This document shows positions 33,962 through 46,540 of a DNA stretch of 64,000 nt, in pieces; position 1 is the first letter of the stretch, and each line of letters opens with the position of its first letter. A program made the translations under genes and the position numbers. The notes below the pieces were generated by a model, which ran no database searches, had not been told where the DNA came from, and saw nothing but the letters and a program-made list of their open reading frames with translations. Origin of the DNA: Gammaproteobacteria bacterium (lineage in GTDB: Bacteria; Pseudomonadota; Gammaproteobacteria; Steroidobacterales; Rariloculaceae); the NCBI GenBank assembly GCA_022826245.1, contig JAJDVG010000028.1:8489-72488 (forward strand), given 5' to 3'.

Positions 33962-35065
33962 ATGAAGTTCAGCGCACCACGGGAGGACCTCCTGAAGCTC
34001 CTGCAAGCTGTCGTCGGCGTGGTCGAGCGCCGCTCGACGATGCCGATCCTGAGCAATGTGCTGCTCAAGGTAGCCGGCGGCAAGCTCTCTGTAACCGCGA
34101 CCGATCTCGAGGTTGAACTGGTGGCCGATGCGCCGGTCGATGTGGAAGCGAGCGGCGAAACAACGGTGCCTGGCCGAAAGTTGCATGACATCTGCCGACT
34201 ATTGCCGGACGGTACGCGGGTGACCGCCACGCTCAGCGGCAATCGCATGGTGATCAAGGGCGGGCGGGGCCGGTACACGCTGGCGACGCTGTCGGCCGGA
34301 GACTTCCCGGTCGTCGATGAGATGGCAACCCGGCAGACGTTGCAGATGCCCCAACAGGCCCTGCAGGGGCTTCTGCAGCGAACCCAGTTTTCGATGGCCC
34401 AGCAGGATGTGCGCTACTACCTGAACGGGCTGCTTCTGGAAGCCGGGACCGACGGCTTGCAGGGCCTGCGTGCCGTAGCCACCGATGGTCACCGCCTGGC
34501 GCTGTCGGAAGTGGGGCTCAGTGAAACACCCGAAGCCCACCGGGTGATCGTGCCGCGGAAAGGCATTCTGGAACTCAATCGCCTGCTGCACCCCGAGGGC
34601 GATGTGCTCATGATGATTGGAGAAAGCCACCTGCGCGTGGAGTTCGATGGGCTCAGGATGACCTCGACACTCATCGATGGGCAGTTTCCCGACTACACGC
34701 GCGTGATCCCTCTCGACCCGCCGAACTCGGTCATAGCCGACCGCGAGCAACTGCACCACGCGCTACAGCGCGCGGCGGTGCTCGCGAACGACAAGCTGCG
34801 CGGCGTGCGCCTCGAACTCGGCGAAAACAGCGCGGTCATTCACGCGAACAATCCGGAGCAGGAAGAGGCCGTCGAGACCGTCGAGGTCGAGTACGGCGGC
34901 GCGGAGCTGGAAATCGGCTTCAACGTGAACTACCTGCTCGATGCACTCCAGCACATCGAGGGAGACAACGTCCAGGTCGGTTTGCGCGACGGCGATTCGA
35001 GCTGTCTGATCACCGGCCAGGGCGACAGTTCCACACAGTACGTGGTCATGCCGATGCGGCTGTGA
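33962..35065 (+). CDS. dnaN: DNA polymerase III beta clamp
   Basis: TATDLEVE, QDVRYYLNG, VATDGHRL, VVMPMRL. Confidence 0.98.
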   Translation: MKFSAPREDLLKLLQAVVGVVERRSTMPILSNVLLKVAGGKLSVTATDLEVELVADAPVDVEASGETTVPGRKLHDICRLLPDGTRVTATLSGNRMVIKGGRGRYTLATLSAGDFPVVDEMATRQTLQMPQQALQGLLQRTQFSMAQQDVRYYLNGLLLEAGTDGLQGLRAVATDGHRLALSEVGLSETPEAHRVIVPRKGILELNRLLHPEGDVLMMIGESHLRVEFDGLRMTSTLIDGQFPDYTRVIPLDPPNSVIADREQLHHALQRAAVLANDKLRGVRLELGENSAVIHANNPEQEEAVETVEVEYGGAELEIGFNVNYLLDALQHIEGDNVQVGLRDGDSSCLITGQGDSSTQYVVMPMRL

Positions 35066-35099
35066 GTACCGCCCGGGTTGCCGCCGGGGCGCGCTGACC

Positions 35100-38611
<3,512 letters not shown>

Positions 38612-38620
38612 GTAACGACC

Positions 38621-39421
38621 TCAGTAGTCCGAACAGGATGTCGGGTTCCAGCCCGAATCGTCGGCCTGTTTCTTGAAATTCGTGCTCGTTACGTAGGGGA
38701 TACTGAGATACTGCGGATCCTCGACTATGGTCGTGATGAGCAGCCAGGTATCTCCGTTGGGCATGTCGGCGACATCGTAGTATTCGGTGACCACGGCATC
38801 GGCGCTGTAGGGAACGCCGTTCCAACGCAGGTATCCGGGCCGCAGATTGCTCGTGACCACTTCAAGCGAGCGCCAACGCGGTGAACCGGTTCCAACGATT
38901 CCAACCCCGTTGCCGAGGCCCGGAGGCGGGCCAAACCCGAGTTGCGAGAGCCCGCCCGGCGCCGGTTCCCAGCGCGCCGACGAGTAGCCCTGCCAGGAGG
39001 GTTCCATTTCGGGCGGAGGCTCGCCGCCGTCAAAGCGAAACAGCCGCGTCTGCGTGCCCGCATCGGTGTCGATCCTGAGCGTCAGATCGTCTTCCCAGGA
39101 GATGTGCAGGCGGCCGGGGACGCGCATGATCCCCGCCGCGCCGAAGGGGCGGCATTCCTCGCCCGGCACGACCACGCCGGGCTCCCATTGGTCGGCCACG
39201 CGGATACCTTCGGCGTTGACCGGGATACTGGCGTAGTCGCCCTTGCCCGGCACGATCATGCGCCAGCGCCAATCCTCGGTAACCACCGATACCCAATAAC
39301 CCGTCAGATCGACGGGCGCGGATTCCCGCGGAGACATCTGGGACTGCGCCAATGCGGCGGGTCCGACCGTCAACGTCAGCACGGCCGCCAGCGAAACGCC
39401 TGTTCTGGTAAAGCTGCTCAT
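38621..39421 (-). CDS. Uncharacterised secreted protein
   Basis: Signal peptide, DLTGYWVSVVTEDWRWRM, CRPFG, WQGYS, EDPQYL; ATGA overlap with the upstream gene. Confidence 0.75.
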   Translation of the reverse strand: MSSFTRTGVSLAAVLTLTVGPAALAQSQMSPRESAPVDLTGYWVSVVTEDWRWRMIVPGKGDYASIPVNAEGIRVADQWEPGVVVPGEECRPFGAAGIMRVPGRLHISWEDDLTLRIDTDAGTQTRLFRFDGGEPPPEMEPSWQGYSSARWEPAPGGLSQLGFGPPPGLGNGVGIVGTGSPRWRSLEVVTSNLRPGYLRWNGVPYSADAVVTEYYDVADMPNGDTWLLITTIVEDPQYLSIPYVTSTNFKKQADDSGWNPTSCSDY

Positions 39422-40371
39422 TCGCTGAGACTCCGGTATACGGCTTCCACAAACATTTCCGTTGTCCAAACTCCCGTATCCGCGCCGTATTCGGTGTCGT
39501 AGTCGAACGATGGGCGGGCCGCCTGGACCTCTTCGAGGGACAGGCCATCGTCGATCAGCGCCTGCACGCGGTCGCGAATAATCGTAACCATGTCCCGGTA
39601 TTCGACCACATCGGCTTCTTCGGACAGCCGGCCACGCCCGGGGATCACCTTTGTGCCGCCCTCTTGCTTGTCCTCGGGCACCGCGATCCGGATGATTCTG
39701 TTCAACGCGTCGATGACGCCCTGGACGCTGCCGCCGCGATCCAGATCGATGACCGGGTACAGCTCCGGCGTGTATACATCCCCGGTGCTCACGACATCCG
39801 AACGGCGAAACAGGACCAGGCTGTCGCCATCGGTATGGGCCGCCGGCTGGTGCAGTATTTCTATGGGCTCGCCGTTGAAGTGAATATCCCGGTAGGGCAG
39901 GAAATAGGCCATGGTTGGCCATCCCTCGGGAGATAGTTGAGTCTCCGGCACGCTTTCGTCGGGCGCCGCGGTCATGCGTACGAGCACGTTCTCGTGGGCG
40001 ACGATCTCCGTCTGGACGCCGGTCTCCTGCCGGCCCATGTTCGACAGCGCCTGATTGCCGCCGGTGTTATCCGAATGCACGTGCGTATTGATGATGATGT
40101 ACCGCACGGGGTCTTCCGCAAGTTCATGAATCCGCTCGGCGACTTTCGGCGCCAACTCGGCGGCTTGCGTATCCACCAGCAGGACGCCGTCGTCACCGAC
40201 CTGCAGCGTGGTGTTGCCGCGCGGCCCAACGAGCATGTAGACGTTGCCTTGAACGGGCAGTACGTGAATCTCGGCGTCAGCCGGATTCTCGCTCTGCTGG
40301 GAAAGGGCCGGAGCGGCCAGCAGCGCCGTCAGGATCGCCGCCGAAAGCCGTTGCGGGAAATGTGGGTGCAT
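39418..40371 (-). CDS. Secreted MBL-fold (cyclase-like) protein with a degenerate second metal site
   Basis: LLVDTQ, THVHSDNTGGN, AHTDGD, TGD, IPGRG. Confidence 0.85.
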   Translation of the reverse strand: MHPHFPQRLSAAILTALLAAPALSQQSENPADAEIHVLPVQGNVYMLVGPRGNTTLQVGDDGVLLVDTQAAELAPKVAERIHELAEDPVRYIIINTHVHSDNTGGNQALSNMGRQETGVQTEIVAHENVLVRMTAAPDESVPETQLSPEGWPTMAYFLPYRDIHFNGEPIEILHQPAAHTDGDSLVLFRRSDVVSTGDVYTPELYPVIDLDRGGSVQGVIDALNRIIRIAVPEDKQEGGTKVIPGRGRLSEEADVVEYRDMVTIIRDRVQALIDDGLSLEEVQAARPSFDYDTEYGADTGVWTTEMFVEAVYRSLSE

Positions 40372-40379
40372 GTCCGGTT

Positions 40380-41294
40380 TCACTCGGGGCAACTGCCCAG
40401 CCCGGTGCAAATGCAGTACCGGCTGCACTGGGGCGCCGGCGGAACTTCACCCATGGTCATCCGGTACTCCGGATACAGGGTCTGCGCCCCGCCGCGGGCC
40501 GCTTCCAATGGAACGCCGAACAACTCGGAAAACTCGAGGATAAAGGGGTTTTCGCCCGGCATGACGTGCGGCACCGTGCCTTCGGGCGCGGGTACTTCGG
40601 GCGCCGGAGTGCACGAATTCGGCCGCATCTGCGCGTTGGGCTCAAGGGCCCAGTTGGAGGTTCTGACCAGCGGTTCGGTCAGGAAGGCCGGATCGTCGAT
40701 GTAGGTCAGCACGGTCAGGTAATTGCCGTGCCGGACCCAGACTTCGGTCAAGGTGGCCTGGGAGCTTCTCGGCATGCCGTTGCGCCGCAGATAGGACGGC
40801 TTGAAGTGCGTGGTGGTCGTCTTGAGCGTATTGCCCTCCCAGACCCCCGTGGAGAATCCCTGCCAGGTATGGCGGGCGTATTCGGGTGGATGGGGGCGGC
40901 CGTCCATGTATATCGTTCGCTCCATCTCCATCCACGCCATGCGGGTGCGAATGGCGACAAGTTGCTGCGTGTCCGGGTCGAATTCTTCCCAGACCCGCAT
41001 GGGTACGGACAGGCCGCGCATGGAATAGTCGCCCCCGTGGGGCCGGCACTGGTACTCCTGGACCGCGGAAATCCTGTTGGGATGGTAGCTGTCGGCCCGC
41101 ATCCTGGCGGCGTCGTTGATCGGCAACTCGAGGTAGTCTCCAAGTGCCGGTCCGGGCAGTCGTTCGGGCGCGTCCTCGTGGTACAGGGCGACCCAATCGC
41201 CTGTGAGATCGATCTGTGCGACGGCTGTCATGCACGGCAACAACAAGCCCGCCATCAAGCCGACTACAGCATGGGCGCCATTCAAGCCTCGCAT
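40380..41294 (-). CDS. Uncharacterised secreted protein with a Cys-rich tail
   Basis: Signal peptide, DLTGDW, CRPHG, RTIYMDGRPHP, WQGFSTGVWEGNTL, DDPAFL; C-terminal CSRYCICTGLGSC. Confidence 0.75.
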   Translation of the reverse strand: MRGLNGAHAVVGLMAGLLLPCMTAVAQIDLTGDWVALYHEDAPERLPGPALGDYLELPINDAARMRADSYHPNRISAVQEYQCRPHGGDYSMRGLSVPMRVWEEFDPDTQQLVAIRTRMAWMEMERTIYMDGRPHPPEYARHTWQGFSTGVWEGNTLKTTTTHFKPSYLRRNGMPRSSQATLTEVWVRHGNYLTVLTYIDDPAFLTEPLVRTSNWALEPNAQMRPNSCTPAPEVPAPEGTVPHVMPGENPFILEFSELFGVPLEAARGGAQTLYPEYRMTMGEVPPAPQCSRYCICTGLGSCPE

Positions 41295-41417
41295 TTGCAA
41301 ACCCCCGTGTTGGTGTCGATGCGCTCCGGACACGAATACTACATGCGTCGCGATACGACTTCAGCTATACGCGCCGCCCGTGACCCCGCCTGCCCGCACA
41401 TGCTCCCGCGAGCAGTG

Positions 41418-42146
41418 TCATGCCTGTGCCGCGGGCGGGGAATCCATTTCCGCGATCCTGGCCTCGATCCACGCGCGAACCTCGGCGATGACCTCGCGCG
41501 GTTCGCGGCCGACGGTCTCGATGGCGGGTCCGACCGCGAACTGAATCGTTCCCGGACGCTTGAGCCAGCCGCGCCTGGGCCAGAAGGCGCCCGCGTTGTG
41601 CGCGACGGGCACGACGGGCCGTCCCGCGGCGCTCGCGAGCAGGGCGCCGCTCAGCCCGTAGCGTCGCGATTCGCCGTGCGGGACGCGCGTGCCCTCGGGA
41701 AAGATGACGATCCAGAAGCCTTCCGCGAGGCGTTTCTGACCCTCGTCGATGACCTTCTGCACGGCGATGCGCCCGGAGCCGCGGTCGATCGCGATGGGCT
41801 TGAGCAGCATGAGCACCCAGCCGAGGAGCGGCGCGAACAGCAATTCCCGTTTTACGACCCAGGTCTGCGTCGGAAAATGCTTCAGTACCGCGAGTGCGTC
41901 CCAGGCGGACGAATGCTTGACGAGCAGGACGGTGTTCTGCTCGGGCAGGTTCTCAAGTCCCTGAACCACGTGGTCGAGGCGGCAGAGCTTGCGCAGAAGA
42001 AACCGCGCGGAGTCTGCCCAGTAGACGCACAAACGGTACGTCACGCGGTGCGGGAACGGCGCGGTGGCAAGCACGACGAAGCTGAAAAGCGCAACGGAGA
42101 CGAACAGATACAGAGTGAAGGCGATCGAACCGAGCCACTGGCGCAT
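41418..42146 (-). CDS. plsC: 1-acyl-sn-glycerol-3-phosphate acyltransferase
   Basis: KHSSAWD (HX4D), IFPEGTR, VVPVAHNAG. Confidence 0.9.
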   Translation of the reverse strand: MRQWLGSIAFTLYLFVSVALFSFVVLATAPFPHRVTYRLCVYWADSARFLLRKLCRLDHVVQGLENLPEQNTVLLVKHSSAWDALAVLKHFPTQTWVVKRELLFAPLLGWVLMLLKPIAIDRGSGRIAVQKVIDEGQKRLAEGFWIVIFPEGTRVPHGESRRYGLSGALLASAAGRPVVPVAHNAGAFWPRRGWLKRPGTIQFAVGPAIETVGREPREVIAEVRAWIEARIAEMDSPPAAQA

Positions 42147-42147
42147 G

Positions 42148-42708
42148 TCAGCCACCGTGCCGCTCCTCCAGCAGCGCCGCAACGGCGCTTGCGAGGTCGG
42201 CGTGGACTTCCGGCTCGCGGTCTCCCAGGGCTTCGGAGGTTCGCAGCCCATAGCCGGTTCTGACGAGTATCGGCCGCGCGCCAACGGCCAGTGCGGCATC
42301 AATGTCTGTCAGGCTGTCGCCCACGAAAGGCGCATCGCGCAGGGATTCCCCGAAATCGCGTTCGATCCGGCGCAGCAGGCCCGGCGCGGGCTTGCGGCAG
42401 TCGCAGCCTTCGTCGGGCCGGTGCGGGCAGCAATAGACGCCCGCGAGCGCGCCGCCGGCGGCCTCGACCTCGCGCTGCATACGGGCGTTGATCTCCTCGA
42501 GCGTGCGCGCCGAGAAGAGGTCCCGGCCCACGCCTGACTGGTTGCTGACGACGACGACGCGAAAGCCCGCCCGATGCAGTCGCGCGATCGCCTCGAGGCT
42601 GCCCGGGATTGCATGCCATTCGTCGGGCGACTTGATGTAGGCGGCGGAGTCCCGGTTGATGACGCCGTCGCGATCGAGCAGGACGAGCTGGCCGGCCGCC
42701 TCGCCCAC
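42148..42708 (-). CDS. gmhB: D-glycero-D-manno-heptose 1,7-bisphosphate phosphatase
   Basis: LDRDGVIN, SNQSG, CPH..CDCRKP, VGDS. Confidence 0.93.
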   Translation of the reverse strand: MGEAAGQLVLLDRDGVINRDSAAYIKSPDEWHAIPGSLEAIARLHRAGFRVVVVSNQSGVGRDLFSARTLEEINARMQREVEAAGGALAGVYCCPHRPDEGCDCRKPAPGLLRRIERDFGESLRDAPFVGDSLTDIDAALAVGARPILVRTGYGLRTSEALGDREPEVHADLASAVAALLEERHGG

Positions 42709-42711
42709 GCG

Positions 42712-44277
42712 TCAGCTCCCGATGCACTGAGCCAGGTAATCGGCCAGTTGGCCGCTACCGACCCGCTTCTGCTCGCAACTGTCGCGCTCGCGCACGGTAA
42801 CCGTGTCGTCGCTCAGCGTCTGGCCGTCGATCGTGACGCAGTAAGGTGTGCCGGCTTCGTCCTGGCGCCTGTAGCGCCGGCCGATGGCGCCCTTCTCGTC
42901 GTAGACCGCGTCGAGCTTGCCGCGCAGCTCGCGATAGATCGCAAGTGCGCGCTCGGGCATCCCTTCCTTGCGCACGAGCGGGAACACCGCGGCCTTGACC
43001 GGCGCGAGCCTCGGGTGCAGCTTCATGACCGTGCGGCGCTCGCCGCCGACTTCGTCCTCGGTACAGGCGTCGCAGAGGAAGGCGAGCGCGGCGCGGTCGG
43101 CGCCCGCTGCAGGCTCGATGACGTGCGGCAGGTAGCGGCGCTCTTCGTCCGGTGCGGCCTGGTCGTCGAAATAGCGTAGGTCCTTGCCGCTCGCCTGCAT
43201 GTGCTGGCGCAGATCGAAGTCGGTTCGGTTGGCGATGCCCTCGAGCTCGCTCTGACCGAAGGGGAAGCGGTATTCGACGTCGGCGCAGGCGACCGCGTAA
43301 TGGGCGAGCTCCGAATCCTCGTGGTCGCGCAAAGCGAGGTTTTCCGGGCGGATCCCGAGGTCCGCGTACCAGCGGTAGCGCCGGTCGCGCCAGTACACGT
43401 ACCAGGCGCCGGCGTCGGCCGCCCGGCAGAAGAACTCCATTTCCATCTGCTCGAACTCGCGGCTGCGGAACGTGAAGTTGCGCGGATTGATCTCGTTGCG
43501 GAAGGCCTTGCCGATCTGGCCGATGCCGAACGGCAGCTTGACGCGTGCGGTGTCCAGTACGTTCTTGAAATTCAGGAAGATTCCCTGGGCCGTTTCCGGG
43601 CGCAGATACGCGGCGCTCGAGCTGTCCTCGAGCGCGCCGATGTAAGTCCTGAACATGAGATTGAACGCCCTGGGCGCCGTCAGCGTGCCGGGCTCGCTCG
43701 CGCCGGGTGCGATCGTGCGCGCCCGCAGCGACTCGTCTTCAAGGGCGCCGGCGATCACTTCGATCGACAGGGCAGCGTCGCCCGGGCGGGACTTGCGAAT
43801 GCGCCTTAATCGCTTGCGGTGCGGTTCCAGCAGCTCCTCTTCCGGAGTCTGGCCGGCCTCTCCGGGTGACGCGAACAGCATGTCGGTCACGGTTGCCCGC
43901 TCGCCGTCCGGAGTTTCGGCAACGAGGGCGAACACGACGAGCTGATCCGCCCTGTAGCGGCTCCTGGTCTCCCGGCAGTCGACCATCGGATCGCTGAAGC
44001 CGCTCAGGTGACCGCTCGCGTCCCAGACCTTCGGGTTCAGGAGCAGCGCGCTGTCGATGCCGACCATGGCGAACGGCGCCGGGGCGCCGGTATCCGTGGC
44101 GGTTTCGTCGTGGTGGGCGATCATGTCGTCCCACCAGGCCTGCTTGACGTTGCGCTTCAGGGCGACGCCGAGCGGGCCGTAGTCCCAGAAGCCGTTGAGC
44201 CCGCCGTAAATCTCGCTCGACGGAAAAATGAAGCCCCGTCGCTTGCACAGCGATACGATCTTGTCCATCGAGTCCAT
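42712..44277 (-). CDS. glyQS: Glycine--tRNA ligase, homodimeric alpha2 type
   Basis: LCKRRGFIFPSSEIYGG..DYGPLG, YLRPETAQG, FRNEINPRNFTFRSREFEQ, anticodon domain IGRRYRRQDEAGTP. Confidence 0.95.
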   Translation of the reverse strand: MDSMDKIVSLCKRRGFIFPSSEIYGGLNGFWDYGPLGVALKRNVKQAWWDDMIAHHDETATDTGAPAPFAMVGIDSALLLNPKVWDASGHLSGFSDPMVDCRETRSRYRADQLVVFALVAETPDGERATVTDMLFASPGEAGQTPEEELLEPHRKRLRRIRKSRPGDAALSIEVIAGALEDESLRARTIAPGASEPGTLTAPRAFNLMFRTYIGALEDSSSAAYLRPETAQGIFLNFKNVLDTARVKLPFGIGQIGKAFRNEINPRNFTFRSREFEQMEMEFFCRAADAGAWYVYWRDRRYRWYADLGIRPENLALRDHEDSELAHYAVACADVEYRFPFGQSELEGIANRTDFDLRQHMQASGKDLRYFDDQAAPDEERRYLPHVIEPAAGADRAALAFLCDACTEDEVGGERRTVMKLHPRLAPVKAAVFPLVRKEGMPERALAIYRELRGKLDAVYDEKGAIGRRYRRQDEAGTPYCVTIDGQTLSDDTVTVRERDSCEQKRVGSGQLADYLAQCIGS

Positions 44278-44438
44278 GGCGGTTTGCTTGCGGTTGAGCG
44301 GGGGCGAAGCGCGAGAGTATAGCGAACGCAGTGCCTGGGGTCGTTGCAGCCGTGCGGGATGGTAGGATTTGCGGCGCCGTCGCGAGCTACCGTCGAATCG
44401 GGGTGGCGGAAACGCCGCGACAGGAGGATCGAAGAGCA

Positions 44439-45926
44439 GTGAATCCGGACATCATCGTCGTCGGTAGCGGGTTTGGCGGAGCCGTGCTGGCCTCGCGACT
44501 GGTAGACGCGGGACTGACTGTGCTTGTGCTCGAGCGCGGCCCGTGGCGGGATACCGTCGCGGTGCGAGCCGCCGGCATCGAAAGGCGCAAACCCCTGCCG
44601 CGCACCGGCGGAATGTTGTCGGTCCTGCGTTCGCTCCGGCCGCCGAAGGGGCCGAGGAAAGGCATACGCCTCAACAGGTACGGCTATCTCGAGATGTGGG
44701 TCGGCGACGGCATCAAGGCGCCTTGCACATCCAATGTCGGCGGCGGAAGCCACATCTGGGCCGCGCTGCTGGAGCGCGCACCGCAAGGCTTCTGGGACGA
44801 TCGCGCCGCCGGGCTCAGCGACGCAACGCTCGCCTCGCACTACGCTCGCGTCGCGACGGAACTGAAGGGCGTCAGGCCAGCGGATCCATCCTCCATTCCC
44901 AATCACGCCGACGCGGCGTGGTCGAATGAGGCGTGTTTCGCGCCGCTCGAGGACGGCGAGCAACCGCCGCTGGGCATTCTCTTTCCCGGGCCGGACGGCG
45001 ATCTCTCGGCGGTCACCGACGAAAACGGCATCGTGCGCGAGCCGCTCGACGTCAACCGGGACAACGGTATGTTCGGCAGTCCGGGCGCTTCGAAATCCAC
45101 CGTTGATGCGCTGTTCCTGCTGCCGGCCCTGAGCAGGGGGCTGACGGTGCGCGACATGCACGAGGTCCGCAGGATTTCCGCCGACAAGGCCGGCGGCTGG
45201 ACCGTCGAAGCCCGCGATCTGCGCGGCGGCCGCAACGTGACGCTGGCGGCGCCGAAGCTTGCGGTCTGCGCGGGCACCATGAACACGAACGCCCTGCTGT
45301 TGAGCAGTCGCGATACGGGCGGGCTGAGCGGACTTCCCGCGCTCGGCAAGGGGCTCGGCGCAAACGGCGATCTGATCGGCAGATGGCCGGTGGAAGACCG
45401 CGACAGCACGATCGGTCCTCCTTCGTTCGGCCGCGTGAAGATTCGGGGCCACGAGGACAGCGCCTACGTCATTCTGGCCCGTGGAGAAACGCCGCCGGTG
45501 CCGGGATTCCTCTACAACGGCGCGCGCAGAAAAGCCGGCCGGTTCGTGGATCTCGTGGCCATGAGCCAGGATGCGGCGGACGGCCGGATCTGGTGCGACA
45601 AGGGCCGCATCCGGTTTGCGTTCGATCTCAAGGGGTCGACGAGCTATGCCGCGTCCATGCGGGCCATGGACGCCGTATCGGAGGCCTCCGGCCGGCCGGT
45701 CGCCTACCCGGACACGGAAGTGTTTACCGCGCACCCCGCCGGCGGGTGCCGGATTTCCGACGACCCGAACGAAGGGGTGGTCGACGGCGGCGGCCAGGTT
45801 CACGACCATCCCGGGCTGTGTATCGCCGACGCCTCGGTGTTCCCGCAGCCCGTGGGCGTGCCGCCGTCGCTCAGCATCGCAGCCTGGGCCTCGCACGTCG
45901 CCGACCGTATCGTTCGCAGCAATTGA
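44439..45926 (+). CDS. GMC oxidoreductase (cholesterol-oxidase-like)
   Basis: IVVGSGFGG FAD motif, LERG, VGGGSH, TAHPAGGC, ADASVFP..GVPPSLSIAA. Confidence 0.85.
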   Translation: MNPDIIVVGSGFGGAVLASRLVDAGLTVLVLERGPWRDTVAVRAAGIERRKPLPRTGGMLSVLRSLRPPKGPRKGIRLNRYGYLEMWVGDGIKAPCTSNVGGGSHIWAALLERAPQGFWDDRAAGLSDATLASHYARVATELKGVRPADPSSIPNHADAAWSNEACFAPLEDGEQPPLGILFPGPDGDLSAVTDENGIVREPLDVNRDNGMFGSPGASKSTVDALFLLPALSRGLTVRDMHEVRRISADKAGGWTVEARDLRGGRNVTLAAPKLAVCAGTMNTNALLLSSRDTGGLSGLPALGKGLGANGDLIGRWPVEDRDSTIGPPSFGRVKIRGHEDSAYVILARGETPPVPGFLYNGARRKAGRFVDLVAMSQDAADGRIWCDKGRIRFAFDLKGSTSYAASMRAMDAVSEASGRPVAYPDTEVFTAHPAGGCRISDDPNEGVVDGGGQVHDHPGLCIADASVFPQPVGVPPSLSIAAWASHVADRIVRSN

Positions 45927-45950
45927 TTACCGCCTGAAAGGAGCAACGCC

Positions 45951-46262
45951 ATGCACACCGTTCTCGTCAAGTACGTCCTGCCCGGGCCGGTCCCGCGCGA
46001 CAAGATGATGGAAGGCTTCAAGGATGTCGAAGGGCGCTTCCGGGCGACGCCGAAGCTCATACGCAAGTATTTCAGCTACGACGAGAACGAACACACCGGC
46101 CATTCCGTTTACCTTTGGGAAAGCGAAGCCGATGCGCGGCACTTTTTCAACGACCAGTTCCTGGCCGGCTTCAAGGCGAAGTTCGGCGCCGTTCCCGAAC
46201 TCTTCTACGTCGACACACTCATGGTGGTCGACAACGAGGCCGAGAAGACCACAACGAGTTGA
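45951..46262 (+). CDS. YdhR-like putative monooxygenase
   Basis: PKLIRKYF..GHSVYLWES pattern of dimeric alpha/beta-barrel proteins; AGGAG RBS. Confidence 0.7.
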   Translation: MHTVLVKYVLPGPVPRDKMMEGFKDVEGRFRATPKLIRKYFSYDENEHTGHSVYLWESEADARHFFNDQFLAGFKAKFGAVPELFYVDTLMVVDNEAEKTTTS

Positions 46263-46304
46263 GATCTGACCGCCGGCCGAAATTCCTCGGTCGGCTTCCA
46301 TTTT

Positions 46305-46353
46305 TGCACCGATTTGGTGCATCATGTCGCGCGTTTCGCTCCAGCGTGGGGCG
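46305..46353. promoter_or_regulatory. NtrC enhancer sites
   Basis: Consensus TGCACCGATTTGGTGCA at 46305-46321 plus a degenerate second site CGCTCCAGCGTGGGGCG. Confidence 0.85.
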
Positions 46354-46417
46354 ACAGGGGCGCTCGAGCAGGGTCCCGGAGTTCGCGAAAGCAAGGCGAA
46401 ACGCGTTTCGTGCCGAT

Positions 46418-46433
46418 TGGTACGTTTCGTGCA
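46418..46433 (+). promoter_or_regulatory. Sigma54 promoter of glnA
   Basis: TGGTACGTTTCGTGCA with GG-N10-GC spacing, about 100 bp downstream of the NtrC site. Confidence 0.85.
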
Positions 46434-46540
46434 TCAATGCAGGCTCCGTACCGGCGTTGGGGCCGGGGGAGCACGCCTGTGGGCGCTTGCCAACGGTCGT
46501 GTGGGATGCACGGCCAAACCAGTAGTAATGGAGGAGAATC

